Shown piece after piece: positions 1 to 9,221 of a stretch of DNA of 64,000 bases. Origin of the DNA: Ignavibacteriota bacterium (GTDB lineage: Bacteria > Bacteroidota > Ignavibacteria > UBA10030 > UBA6906); contig JACRFA010000113.1 in assembly GCA_016218065.1 (NCBI GenBank), positions 6,458 to 70,457 of the forward strand, in the 5' to 3' direction. The notes below the pieces were generated by a model, which saw nothing but the letters and a program-made list of their open reading frames with translations, did not search any database and was not told the origin of the DNA. Each line of letters starts with the position of its first letter. Positions within the stretch are counted from its first letter, which is position 1. A program made the translations under genes and the position numbers.

Positions 1-499
1 TTCCAGCGAGATACGTAATAAGATCGCGATTGTATTGACGACTCTCGTCGCCATATTGAGCATTGATGAGAAGAGCATTTGTATTTCCGACGCGTTCGGA
101 CGGCGAAAGCAAACAATTGGGTTCGCCACTGTCGGGTCCGGTGGGGCTGTCGTATGGAGGAACAGCAAGGCTCGATGGAACAGTCCAGTTCATCGTTCCA
201 CCATTTCTAAATTTTACGAAGAGTGAATTACCTGTAATCCAGGCAGTCTCAACATTTGGATTTGCCTGATACGTTGCGAGACGTGATTGCAAACCGGTTA
301 GCGGATTGCTTGACAAGAGTACAGTATCTGCTGTAGAAGCGACTGCTGCATAGCCCGAACGGATAGCCGCTTTCTGTGCTTCGGTCAGCGTTCCCCCTCC
401 GCTGCCTCCCCCACCTCCCGGATCGGACGGCGTACTATCTTTCTTGCAGGAGAGTGAAAGCAAAGACATAAGAAGAAAGATTTGGATAAAATGTATCAT
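1..499 (-). CDS. putative lipoprotein, N-terminal part (gene runs off the left window edge)
   Basis: Own translation of the minus strand from ATG at 499-497: MIHFIQIFLLMSLLSLSCKKDSTPSDPGGGGGSGGG... It has a signal peptide plus lipobox (LSLSC). The frame stays open to position 1, so it is absent from the ORF track (no stop inside the window). Its motif ETAWITGNSLFVKFRNGGTMNWT resembles DSAWVEGTTFFVKYRDGGTLMWT in ORF 502-810. Confidence 0.5.
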   Translation of the reverse strand, partial: MIHFIQIFLLMSLLSLSCKKDSTPSDPGGGGGSGGGTLTEAQKAAIRSGYAAVASTADTVLLSSNPLTGLQSRLATYQANPNVETAWITGNSLFVKFRNGGTMNWTVPSSLAVPPYDSPTGPDSGEPNCLLSPSERVGNTNALLINAQYGDESRQYNRDLITYLAG

Positions 500-501
500 C
501 T

Positions 502-810
502 TCATGGTTGTTGTTCCCCCTTTGATGGTGATTCGTTGATTGGTGGAGGTGCTGTCCACATGAGAGTGCCTCCATCCCTGTACTTGACAAAAAACGTCGT
601 CCCTTCAACCCAGGCACTATCCACAGATGGAAACGATCCAACAGTATCGATCAGAGCCGTGAACGACAACTTTGGCTCTTTGCTGAGAAGCGCCGCATCG
701 AGCATGGCCGAGATCCTTGCGTGATCGCGCTTTACGCTATCGTATGAGTCGCGCACCGCGCACCCTCCCCAGAAGAATAACATAGCCGATAGAACAACGG
801 TGTGTTTCAT
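502..810 (-). CDS. small putative lipoprotein, paralogous to the N-terminal region of the downstream gene
   Basis: 102-aa ORF with a signal peptide and lipobox-like FWGGC. It shares the W-x-G-x-x-F-V-K-[FY]-R-x-GG-T motif with the ORF at 1-499. Only 2 nt separate its stop from the next start. Confidence 0.45.
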   Translation of the reverse strand: MKHTVVLSAMLFFWGGCAVRDSYDSVKRDHARISAMLDAALLSKEPKLSFTALIDTVGSFPSVDSAWVEGTTFFVKYRDGGTLMWTAPPPINESPSKGEQQP

Positions 811-1172
811 TTTCTTCCTCGCATCGTTTCACTCGTGAATCTCCATTCCTGATGTACACAGAAAGCTCTTGTGTTTGTCGACGCCCCTCTTCTTGTTGTG
901 ATAGAAAAAAAAATGGCTTACGCGTTCACAACGAATGCGGAGCCAGTATTTTTTTGAGAACCAGTTTACAAGTATTGCCACAATCAGTATAGCGATACGG
1001 CAAAGAACATTCAATATCGTGTGACGCACATCGCAGGGACTTTCTTAGGGGTTGATGAAGAAAACCGTACGCTAATTCACGTATGCTTTCTGTTCTCGGA
1101 AAGATCTCCGACGGACGCGGGAACAGGAGCGACCTATTGAGATGTTGAAAGGATGCAGGAGAGGGGTGAGAA

Positions 1173-1550
1173 ATGAAACGAGCTGCAGCTATTGCTTTCT
1201 TCGTTGTCCTTCTGGCTTCATGCCGCGACAACGATTCACCGACAAACTTTGGCGGAACGTACCAGTACATTGCGCGAGACTCCGTCGGGACGATCCACGA
1301 ATCCGGAGTTCTCAATCTGACATCCAATGGCCACATGGCAGAGGGAGAGCTGCTCTTGAGCGACCAGGAACAGATTCTACTCGCGGGCATGATCACCAGC
1401 GGAACAATCCACCTCGAGCGCTCAGTCGGATGTCACAACTGCTTCTACACAATCGACGGAACGCTAGACGTAGATGGAATTCTTGGCACCTGGAGTAGAG
1501 GGCGGCTGATTGTCGAGGCGAAGGGGACGTTCACTGCCCGAAGATTCTGA
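1173..1550 (+). CDS. hypothetical lipoprotein
   Basis: 125-aa ORF. N-terminus MKRAAAIAFFVVLLASC is a typical lipoprotein signal peptide. No family recognised. Confidence 0.5.
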   Translation: MKRAAAIAFFVVLLASCRDNDSPTNFGGTYQYIARDSVGTIHESGVLNLTSNGHMAEGELLLSDQEQILLAGMITSGTIHLERSVGCHNCFYTIDGTLDVDGILGTWSRGRLIVEAKGTFTARRF

Positions 1551-2687
1551 TCAGGACTGGAACCACTCTTTGCTTGGCTGGTACGCAGTTCTCAACGCGT
1601 TCTTCTGTGCATGTCGCTCAAGCGCGAGACCGATAAGCCGGTCGAGCAGATCACTGTACGAGATTCCGGTTGCCTCCCAGAGTTTCGGGTACATGCTGAT
1701 CGACGTGAAGCCGGGAATAGTGTTGATCTCGTTCAGGACAATCCTGTTGCTCTTCTTCGTGACAAAGAAATCGACGCGTGCCATGCCGGCCGCATCGAGT
1801 ACAGTGAATGCTTTCACAGCGAGCGCTCGAATTGTTTTGACGACAGCAGCCGGGAGCTTCGCGGGAATAACCGCAACCGACTTCCCATCGACATACTTTG
1901 CATCGTAGTCGTAGAACTCGTTCGAAGGAATGATCTCTCCCGGAAGTGATGCGATCGGCGTCTCGTTCCCCAACACACTCACTTCGATCTCCCGCGCATT
2001 CTTTACTCCCTCTTCCACAATCACTTTGCGGTCGTATCCCGCAGCGACGTCAAGCGCGACGAGCAGTTCCTTGCGTGTGTGCGCCTTCGAAATGCCGACG
2101 CTCGAACCTGTGTTCGACGGCTTGACGAACACCGGATAGCGCAGCGCCTTTTCGACGGATGCTGCAAGTTTTTTCGGAACGGATCGACACTCGGCGGAAT
2201 GAAACCACACGTACTTCACAACCGGAAGTCCGGCGTGCTTGTGCAATTGCTTCTGGATGATTTTGTCCATGCCCACAGCGGATGCAAGAACGCCAGCGCC
2301 GACATACGGAATGTTTGCCAGCTCCAACAAACCCTGCAGCGTTCCATCCTCGCCGCAGGTCCCGTGCACGACGGGAAACACCACGTCGAGTCGTGCGCCT
2401 GCATTTACATCGCCATTCAGCGACATTAGCGCGCGGCGATTCGGTTCCGGGATGAGAAAGCGTTCCGGCTCAGTTTCAAGTCCGCTGCGCGACTTCAACA
2501 TGTCGAGTGAGCGCTCGGAGCTGATCCATCGGCCATCCGGCGTGATGCCTATCGGCACGACATCGTACTTGTTTGTGTCGAGCGCGTGGATGATGGACGT
2601 TGCGGAGACGAGCGAGACTTCATGCTCGCCCGACCGGCCTCCGAAAATCACGCCGACGCGAAGCTTCTTTTCCGTAGAGTCAGACAT
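1551..2687 (-). CDS. ddl: D-alanine--D-alanine ligase
   Basis: 378 aa. N-terminal VGVIFGGRSGEHEVSLVSA and an ATP-grasp C-terminal half (VFVKPSNTGSSVGISK ... EINTIPGFTSISMYPKLW) are characteristic of Ddl. Confidence 0.93.
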   Translation of the reverse strand: MSDSTEKKLRVGVIFGGRSGEHEVSLVSATSIIHALDTNKYDVVPIGITPDGRWISSERSLDMLKSRSGLETEPERFLIPEPNRRALMSLNGDVNAGARLDVVFPVVHGTCGEDGTLQGLLELANIPYVGAGVLASAVGMDKIIQKQLHKHAGLPVVKYVWFHSAECRSVPKKLAASVEKALRYPVFVKPSNTGSSVGISKAHTRKELLVALDVAAGYDRKVIVEEGVKNAREIEVSVLGNETPIASLPGEIIPSNEFYDYDAKYVDGKSVAVIPAKLPAAVVKTIRALAVKAFTVLDAAGMARVDFFVTKKSNRIVLNEINTIPGFTSISMYPKLWEATGISYSDLLDRLIGLALERHAQKNALRTAYQPSKEWFQS

Positions 2688-2695
2688 TGTTCTGT

Positions 2696-3448
2696 TCAGG
2701 TGATGCCGTGTTTGCGCAGTGATTCTAGAACATACGTGCGCAGCGTCGTCTCGGAGATTTCATCATCGCGGCTGTCGGGAATGGTGCACGCGATTTTGTC
2801 GGAGAAGTCCTTGCCGTAGCTCTGCACGCTCACGGTGCGCAGCTTCTCCAGGTCGTCGGACGAAAGCGGTTTTGCGCCGCCGAGCATCCGCGCGACAAAG
2901 GTAATGTGCGCGGCGTGCTCGACCTTCTCCATTTTGAAATACGCATCGTACAACGTCGCGGCATACGTTACCGCCCCATGATTGGCGAGCAGAATCGCAT
3001 CGCTGTTTTTGATAAACGGCGCCAGCGACTCCGGCACTTCCATCGTTGATGGCGTTGCATACTCGGCCAGCGGAATCGCGCCCAACCCGACGATCACTTC
3101 GGGAAACGTACACTGTGTCAATGGAATGCGCGCTGTCGCGAATCCGGTCGCGTATGTCGGGTGCGCGTGAACGACGGCGTTCACATCCGGGCGATGGTGA
3201 TAGACGTAGAGATGCATCGCCACTTCCGTCGACGCCTTTCCGTTGCCGCCCACTTTTTCACCGGCTAGCGTGACTTCGACGAAATCGTTTTGCGTGATCA
3301 TTCCCTTGTTGATGCCCGAGCGCGTGGTGAGAATGTTGCCGTTGGAAAGCCGCACACTCACATTGCCGTCAGTCGCCGTCACCATGTTGCGTGCATACAG
3401 GCGGTGGCAGACATCGACAAGCTGTGTCGTTATTTCGCTGCTGATCAT
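2696..3448 (-). CDS. class II aldolase/adducin-family protein
   Basis: 250 aa. It has the class II aldolase fold signature TATDGNVSVR ... VVHAHPTYATGFA (metal-binding His cluster). Substrate not assignable. Confidence 0.8.
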   Translation of the reverse strand: MISSEITTQLVDVCHRLYARNMVTATDGNVSVRLSNGNILTTRSGINKGMITQNDFVEVTLAGEKVGGNGKASTEVAMHLYVYHHRPDVNAVVHAHPTYATGFATARIPLTQCTFPEVIVGLGAIPLAEYATPSTMEVPESLAPFIKNSDAILLANHGAVTYAATLYDAYFKMEKVEHAAHITFVARMLGGAKPLSSDDLEKLRTVSVQSYGKDFSDKIACTIPDSRDDEISETTLRTYVLESLRKHGIT

Positions 3449-3749
3449 TCTTGATGTGGGAAGCTGTGCGTTTCATGATAGAGAAAACGCGGGTGAGTTT
3501 CAAACGGAGCGGTAGGGAGATAGGGATTTGTCATTGGGGATGAGGCATACGGATCATTGCGGATTGGTGGTAGGATGGATTAGTGGATGATGGAGTGTTG
3601 GAGCCGTGGATTGTGGAGCCACTGACCTCGGACCTCGGACCTTCTCGGTCTTCCGTCTTCGGAAAGGGCGACATTCCTTGCGCCGAGGTAGAGTGTCCGC
3701 ACAAAGAGCGTGCGGAATCACACTTGTCCAAGATAATCATGCGGCAATC

Positions 3750-4130
3750 AGAGCCAGCACTCTGGTTGCAAGCACCGTTGCGCATAACCCTCGTGCTTTT
3801 GTAGGCGGATTCGAAATCGTACGGCGATGTGCGTGGGGGAGATTCACTCTCACGAAGTGATCCCGTCGGGAGAAGGGGTCAAGTTTCGGTGAAGCTGTAG
3901 TGCCCTACTCGACGGTAGATCGTTTCCGCACCGAAACTTGTGGCATGCGGGTGGAGAGTGAATCGTGCCTGCACGCCGAAGTGCGGCGTTTCGGCACGCA
4001 GGCGCGCCGCGGCGGAATCCAGAGTGCGGGACTTTGCCCTTCAAAGAAAGTAACAGCACACCATGCCGATTCTCCTTGCGCGCAAACATGGAATAAAGAA
4101 CAATTCCCGAATTGCGAAAAGCTGGTTGGC
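3750..4130 (-). ncRNA. candidate structured RNA (possibly RNase P RNA; identity unverified)
   Basis: It lies in a 791-bp gap without credible ORFs. There are perfect long-range helices at 3841-3851/3954-3964 (11 bp) and 3880-3891/3929-3940 (12 bp), nested GC helices at 3964-4003, and GAAA and UUCG loops. The minus strand carries AAAGUCC (4029-4035) and CUCCACCCG (3948-3956), both reminiscent of bacterial RNase P RNA. I could not confirm a canonical P4 pairing, and the boundaries are approximate. Confidence 0.3.
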
Positions 4131-4239
4131 AAGAGTAGTGATTTGTCCTGCTGATTAACATAAGAGAGGCTTGCGCTGCACGCAAAGACCAATTTCATTT
4201 CTCCCGGAAGTATTTTTGGACAGCAATGCCATCTCCCCG

Positions 4240-4731
4240 CTACAGAAGCGGTTTCACTCTCTTTTCTAATTCCTTGAACGTTGTCTCTTCGACAATTGTC
4301 TCCACCAGCCTTCCGGATTTGTCAAAGACAAATGTCGCAGGTAACGCGCCGCTCCACGCCGGATCGACGGCGTTGATGAAACGTTCGTCATCGGAGCTTG
4401 ATTTCAGGTAGGAGGGAAACGAAACCTTCATCTTCTTCAAAAACGCGAGAACCTTTTGTCGTGCGCGGGCATCATCATCAATCGAAACGAAAACCAGTTG
4501 CACTCCTCGCGCAGCATACGTTTGCCGCAGCTTCAGCAGCTCGGGAAATTCTTCGACGCAGGGTTTGCACCACGTGGCCCAAAAGTTCAGCACGAGTACA
4601 CTTCCCTTCGACTTCGCCTTCAGCTCCGCCAACCCCTTTTCGTCGATCGGATGCAAAACAGGCGCAGCGGATGTTTGTCCCTGCGCCTGAAGAACGACAA
4701 GGGCGGCGAATACCGTCAACAGCATGCGCAT
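4240..4731 (-). CDS. TlpA-like periplasmic thiol:disulfide oxidoreductase (thioredoxin fold)
   Basis: 163 aa with a signal peptide and the redox motif WATWCKPC. Confidence 0.85.
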   Translation of the reverse strand: MRMLLTVFAALVVLQAQGQTSAAPVLHPIDEKGLAELKAKSKGSVLVLNFWATWCKPCVEEFPELLKLRQTYAARGVQLVFVSIDDDARARQKVLAFLKKMKVSFPSYLKSSSDDERFINAVDPAWSGALPATFVFDKSGRLVETIVEETTFKELEKRVKPLL

Positions 4732-5336
4732 CAGCTTTCCTTCTTGATGCGCTTAATCGTGCAGCCGAACGCTTTTGTTTCCGGCTTCGGCACGGACTTG
4801 CCGGCCAGCAACGCATCGAGTGTCACGCTCAAATCTTGTGTCTTGATCTTCTCTTCGTTGCGCGAGTCGTCAATGCGCCCGTGATACAGAACCGTCGCCT
4901 GCTGATCGAGCACGAACACTTCCGGCGTGACCTGCGCGCCATACGCATCGGCCACGACGTTGTTCCAATCCTTCAGCACCGGAAACGCGAAGCCGTTCTC
5001 CGCAGCGTGTTCCTTCACTTCTTCCGCACTCTCCTGCTTGTTCGAGTTGATGCCGACGAACGCGATGTCCTTGCTCGCGTAGTCCTTGTTCAGCGCCGCC
5101 ATGCGTTCGTTGTATGCATTCGAGATCGGACACTGCGTCGCGATGAACATCACTACCGTATATTTTGCGGAAAGAAAACTGTTGAGCGAGCGTTCCTTCC
5201 CATCAGCATCCTTCAACGTAAACGCCGGCGCCTTCTTGCCGATCTCCACGCTCGGCATCGACGCCGAACCGGACTGCCGGCAAATAACAAAAGCCCCGAC
5301 AAGAATCAACGCGGCGGCAATCAGAAACTTCTTCAT
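4731..5336 (-). CDS. thioredoxin-fold redoxin family protein
   Basis: 201 aa with a signal peptide. Redoxin-like core VVMFIATQCPISNAYNERM, and a C-terminal region that matches redoxin-family members with a conserved GC pair. It overlaps the downstream TlpA-like gene by 1 nt. Confidence 0.75.
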   Translation of the reverse strand: MKKFLIAAALILVGAFVICRQSGSASMPSVEIGKKAPAFTLKDADGKERSLNSFLSAKYTVVMFIATQCPISNAYNERMAALNKDYASKDIAFVGINSNKQESAEEVKEHAAENGFAFPVLKDWNNVVADAYGAQVTPEVFVLDQQATVLYHGRIDDSRNEEKIKTQDLSVTLDALLAGKSVPKPETKAFGCTIKRIKKES

Positions 5337-5568
5337 ACGACTCCTCCCATAGTTGTTGTGACGTTGGATGTGGATGGTGATTGAGTTCAGTTGACCGGTG
5401 CGCCCGCTCTGTGCAACGGCTGTTCGGCGGTTTTGTTGCGATCTACAGCAGATGGTCGAACGACACTCCCCGCTCTTTTCACGTGCGGCGAAGGATTCAG
5501 CTTCCTCAACGGTCTGCTAACTTAACCAAAGTAATCGGCAAATAATTCCAGCTTTGCTCCACCATCCA

Positions 5569-6837
5569 TCAATCCAATAACTTGTCCAACGTTTCCCGCT
5601 CGCGAATGCGCGTCCACGAAGCGCCATCGACCAGAACCTCTGCCGCGCGAAGTCGTGCGTTGTAGTTGGATGAGAGCACAAAGCCGTACGCGCCCGCACA
5701 CATCACGGCCAGCAAATCGCCGCGCCCGACGTGAGGCAGTGCGCGATCCTGCGCAAAGAAATCGCCGGACTCACAGCAGGGACCGACAACATCAACGCTC
5801 GACGACGAAGCGTTCGTCAATTCGAGAGGAACGATCTGGTGATACGCATGATAGAGACTTGGCCGGATGAGATCATTCATGCCGCCATCGACAATCACAA
5901 ACGTCTTGTCGCTGCTCTCCTTGCGGTACAAGACCTCCGTCAAGAGCACGCCGGCTGTCGCTACGATGGTGCGCCCGGGCTGGATGGCGAGATTGCATTC
6001 TGTTTCTTTGAGAATCGGCAGAACCGCGCCGATGAACCCCGACGGCGTGAGGTGCTTGCCTTCACTGCTCTCGGTCGGGAGTTGTGAGTGCGTGATGAAG
6101 CCGTGGTAGTTCACTCCGAAGCCGCCGCCGAAATCAAGATCGTGAACGGGAATGTTGTTCGCGCGCAGTCGCTCGATAATAACCTTCAACGCTTTGGCTG
6201 CAGCGACGAACGCCTCCACGTTCGTGATCTGCGATCCGAGATGGCTATGGATTCCGCGCACCTCAATGTTCGGCAGGCGCTGTGCGCGGTCGAGCACCTC
6301 GACAGCGCGGGACGAGGCAACGCCGAATTTGTTTTGCTTCTTGCTCGTGGAGATGTACGCATGCGTGCCCGCGTCGATATCAAGATTCAGCCGCAACAAG
6401 ATCTTCGCTTTCAGTCCCATGCGCCCTGCAATCGAGTTGAGCACGTCAATCTCCTGCTCCGACTCGACGTTGAAGGCGGAGACGTTATTCTCCAGCGCAT
6501 ACTCAATCTCGTCGTCGCGTTTCCCCACGCCGCTCACGGAAATCTTGTCCGGAGCAATACCGGCCTGTAACGCGAGGAACAGTTCGCCTTTTGAGCCAAC
6601 GTCAGCGCCAAGTCCTTGAGCGGCGATGATTTTCAGCAGATGAACGTTGCTGTTTGCCTTGACGGCGTAGGTTGTGAGATGCGGGATGTCGCCGAACGCA
6701 GACTCGATTGCGCGGCAGTTTTCAATGAGCGCTTGCTTGCTGTAAACATAGAGCGGTGTTCCGCATTCGAGAGCAAGCGACTTCAGCGATCGCTGCTCGC
6801 AATGCAGCGATTGGTGGATGTAGGTGAATGCACTCAT
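5569..6837 (-). CDS. lysA: diaminopimelate decarboxylase
   Basis: 422 aa. PLP fold-type III signature YAVKANSN; GGGFGV and CESGD motifs typical of LysA. Confidence 0.9.
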   Translation of the reverse strand: MSAFTYIHQSLHCEQRSLKSLALECGTPLYVYSKQALIENCRAIESAFGDIPHLTTYAVKANSNVHLLKIIAAQGLGADVGSKGELFLALQAGIAPDKISVSGVGKRDDEIEYALENNVSAFNVESEQEIDVLNSIAGRMGLKAKILLRLNLDIDAGTHAYISTSKKQNKFGVASSRAVEVLDRAQRLPNIEVRGIHSHLGSQITNVEAFVAAAKALKVIIERLRANNIPVHDLDFGGGFGVNYHGFITHSQLPTESSEGKHLTPSGFIGAVLPILKETECNLAIQPGRTIVATAGVLLTEVLYRKESSDKTFVIVDGGMNDLIRPSLYHAYHQIVPLELTNASSSSVDVVGPCCESGDFFAQDRALPHVGRGDLLAVMCAGAYGFVLSSNYNARLRAAEVLVDGASWTRIRERETLDKLLD

Positions 6838-6839
6838 GG

Positions 6840-8300
6840 TTACGACGCCTCCGAATACATCCGCTTCTTGACCGGGCGGTTGGCGTCGATGAACGAGAAA
6901 TATTTGTGGAAGGGAATTTCGTATCCCTCGGCATGGAACGCGCCCGAACAGGTATCCTGCACGTAGCGGCCGTTGAATTCCTTCCGTGCAATCCGCTCCA
7001 GAATCTCCAGCAGCGCGTCGACATCATCTTCATTGTTGTAACACCCGAAGCTTGCCCGTACCATGCCCGGCATGTTCGACTTGTTGCCTGCGAGAACTTC
7101 CGCCGTGAACTTCCGGTCTTCCTCGGGAGAAACGTTCAGCAACTGCTTCACATACGGATGCGCGCAGAAGCATCCGTTGCGAACGCCAATGCCGGCTTCT
7201 GTTCCAATAATCGCTGCGACGAGTGAGTTGTGCATGCCTTCGATGTTGAACGTTACCACGCCGACTTTTTCGGCAAGGTTGTCGGTGGGACCGTAGAGTT
7301 GAATGCCATCGATCGTGCGAATGCGGCCGTATGCATATTCAAGCAAGCGAAGTTCGTGCTCGGCGATCGCGTCCATCCCGACATTTTCGAGAATGCGGAT
7401 CGCCTCGGCAACAGCAACGCCGCCAACCACGTTCGGACTTCCGGCCTCTTCTTTGTGCGGCGGATCGTTCCACGCAACGCTCTCGAGCGACACGACATCC
7501 ACCACCCCGCCGCCAACCATGTCGGGCACTCCCTCCTCAAAAAATTTCTTCGGCCCAATCAATACCCCGGTACCGAACGGTGCGTACATCTTGTGCCCCG
7601 AATAGGCGATGAAGTCGATATGGTGAGGATGATCGTCGGGAAGAACATCAATCTCGCGATGCGGCGCGAGCTGGGCTGCGTCAACAAATATGCGCGCACC
7701 GGCGTCGTGTACCCATCCGGCGATCTCGTGAATAGGGGAAACGATGCCGGTAATATTCGACGCGCCGTTGACCGCAACGAGTTTGAGCTTTCCGCGATGT
7801 TGCCTGATCGCCGCTTTCAACGCCACGAGGTCAAGATGCCCATCCGCGGTGATGCCGACATGAATCACCTTCGCGTTCTTGCGCCAGGGAAGATCATTTG
7901 AATGGTGCTCCATCACTGTCGTGATCACCACATCATCTGTTTGAAAGCCGAATCGATTCGACAGTTTGTTGACACACTCCGTGGTGTTCTTACCAAGAAT
8001 GACGCAGTTTGTGTCGGGATCGGCGCCAACAAACTCGCCGCAAATCTCATGCGCCCGATCGAACACTTCCGTCGCCACCAACGATTTGAATCCGGTGCCG
8101 CGATGAACGCCCGAGTACCACGGCAAAAATTCCTCAACACACTTCATCACCGTTCTGAAGGTAGGGGTGCTTGCGGCATTATCGAGAAAGATGTAGGGCC
8201 GCGATGAGCCATCGAGCAGCGGCACGATGGTATCGATCCCGACAATTTCCGAGCGAAGATCGTTGATGCTGAACTGTTGCTGGTGCGTAATCATGTACAT
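6840..8300 (-). CDS. aminotransferase class V-fold PLP-dependent enzyme (cysteine-desulfurase-like)
   Basis: 486 aa. The SGHKMYAPFGTGVLIG PLP-lysine motif is typical of class V aminotransferases/desulfurases. Confidence 0.8.
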   Translation of the reverse strand: MYMITHQQQFSINDLRSEIVGIDTIVPLLDGSSRPYIFLDNAASTPTFRTVMKCVEEFLPWYSGVHRGTGFKSLVATEVFDRAHEICGEFVGADPDTNCVILGKNTTECVNKLSNRFGFQTDDVVITTVMEHHSNDLPWRKNAKVIHVGITADGHLDLVALKAAIRQHRGKLKLVAVNGASNITGIVSPIHEIAGWVHDAGARIFVDAAQLAPHREIDVLPDDHPHHIDFIAYSGHKMYAPFGTGVLIGPKKFFEEGVPDMVGGGVVDVVSLESVAWNDPPHKEEAGSPNVVGGVAVAEAIRILENVGMDAIAEHELRLLEYAYGRIRTIDGIQLYGPTDNLAEKVGVVTFNIEGMHNSLVAAIIGTEAGIGVRNGCFCAHPYVKQLLNVSPEEDRKFTAEVLAGNKSNMPGMVRASFGCYNNEDDVDALLEILERIARKEFNGRYVQDTCSGAFHAEGYEIPFHKYFSFIDANRPVKKRMYSEAS

Positions 8301-8318
8301 GACTCCGTTGGCTGAATT

Positions 8319-9221
8319 TCAACTGCGTGGATGAAACGTTTTATGCACTTCCTTCAGGTATTCACGATCGATGTGCGTGTAGATTTGTGTCGTAGCGATG
8401 TCAACATGCCCGAGCATTTCCTGCACCGCGCGCAGGTCGGCGCCGCCTTCCAGCAAATGCGTCGCAAACGAATGCCGCAGAGTGTGCGGATGCACTTGCT
8501 TGTGTATGGCCGCCTTTGCGGCCGCCCTCTGAACAATTTTCCAGACGGCCATGCGACTCATCGGAGTTCCGCGTGCGTTCAGAAACAATGCATCGTCCGA
8601 GCGTCCTTTCGCGGCGAGCAACGAGCGGCATTCCCTCTTGTAGCGCTCGATCCATCGAAGCGCCGAGCCGCCGACCGGAACAATCCGCTCTTTTGATCCT
8701 TTGCCGAAGACGCGGACCAACATCTCGTCTGCGAGCAGGCCTGACTGCTTCAGGCTCACAACTTCGGAAACACGAAGGCCGCTCGCATACATCGTCTCCA
8801 GCAACGCCTTGTCGCGCAACCAGAGATGTTTCTTATCCTTTTCAGTGGCGCTCGGTTGATCGAGTATTCGCTCAATCTCGGGCTGCGTGAGAACATCGGG
8901 CAATGAGCGCGGCAACTTCGGCGCATCGATCAGCTCTGTCGGATCGTTGCGCGTAACGCCATCGCCGATGAGAAACTTGTGAAATCCTCTGATCGCAGAG
9001 AGCGCCCGCGTAACGGACCGGGGCGAAAGGCCATCGCGATGCAGCGTTCCCAGAAACTCGGATGCATGCGTTTCGCTGATGGCATTGACGTTATGGATTT
9101 TTCTTTTTTCAAGAAAGGCGAGATAGCGATTCAGGTCGAGACGATACGAAGCGATCGTGTTGCGCGAAGCATTCTTCTCAAGTTCAAGATAGTGGAGATA
9201 GCTCCGACAATGTTCATTCAT
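8319..9221 (-). CDS. xerD: tyrosine site-specific recombinase, XerC/XerD type
   Basis: 300 aa. N-terminal SAM-like domain (YLELEKNASRNTIASYRLDL); catalytic R...HxxR...Y pattern (GLRVSE, HTLRHSFATHLL, THIDREY). It sits in a housekeeping operon context. XerC and XerD cannot be told apart with certainty. Confidence 0.8.
   Translation of the reverse strand: MNEHCRSYLHYLELEKNASRNTIASYRLDLNRYLAFLEKRKIHNVNAISETHASEFLGTLHRDGLSPRSVTRALSAIRGFHKFLIGDGVTRNDPTELIDAPKLPRSLPDVLTQPEIERILDQPSATEKDKKHLWLRDKALLETMYASGLRVSEVVSLKQSGLLADEMLVRVFGKGSKERIVPVGGSALRWIERYKRECRSLLAAKGRSDDALFLNARGTPMSRMAVWKIVQRAAAKAAIHKQVHPHTLRHSFATHLLEGGADLRAVQEMLGHVDIATTQIYTHIDREYLKEVHKTFHPRS

Noticed and set aside
3617-3630. GCCACTG (B12-box-like) motif suggesting a cobalamin riboswitch
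   Set aside because: The rest of the cobalamin riboswitch core is not evident. The same CCACTGACCTC string recurs at 43291-43301 as part of a repeated intergenic element, and no cobalamin-related gene lies downstream.
3781-3840. GGATTCGAA-containing stretch suggesting a tmRNA or tRNA-like domain
   Set aside because: On neither strand do the flanks form a T-arm stem. There is no acceptor/CCA end and no tag-peptide reading frame ending in a typical ...AA stop.
4398-5384. 328-aa plus-strand ORF across the two thioredoxin-fold genes
   Set aside because: It is antisense to two genes with signal peptides and CXXC-type motifs, and it is Arg-rich and low-complexity.
8319-9221. Tyrosine recombinase as the missing integron integrase or island integrase
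   Set aside because: It lies 15 kb away from the island in a tight housekeeping operon (HDIG protein, aminotransferase, lysA). It has XerC/XerD-like length and N-terminal domain. I saw no sign of the extra IntI-specific insertion, and no attI or attC lies next to it.
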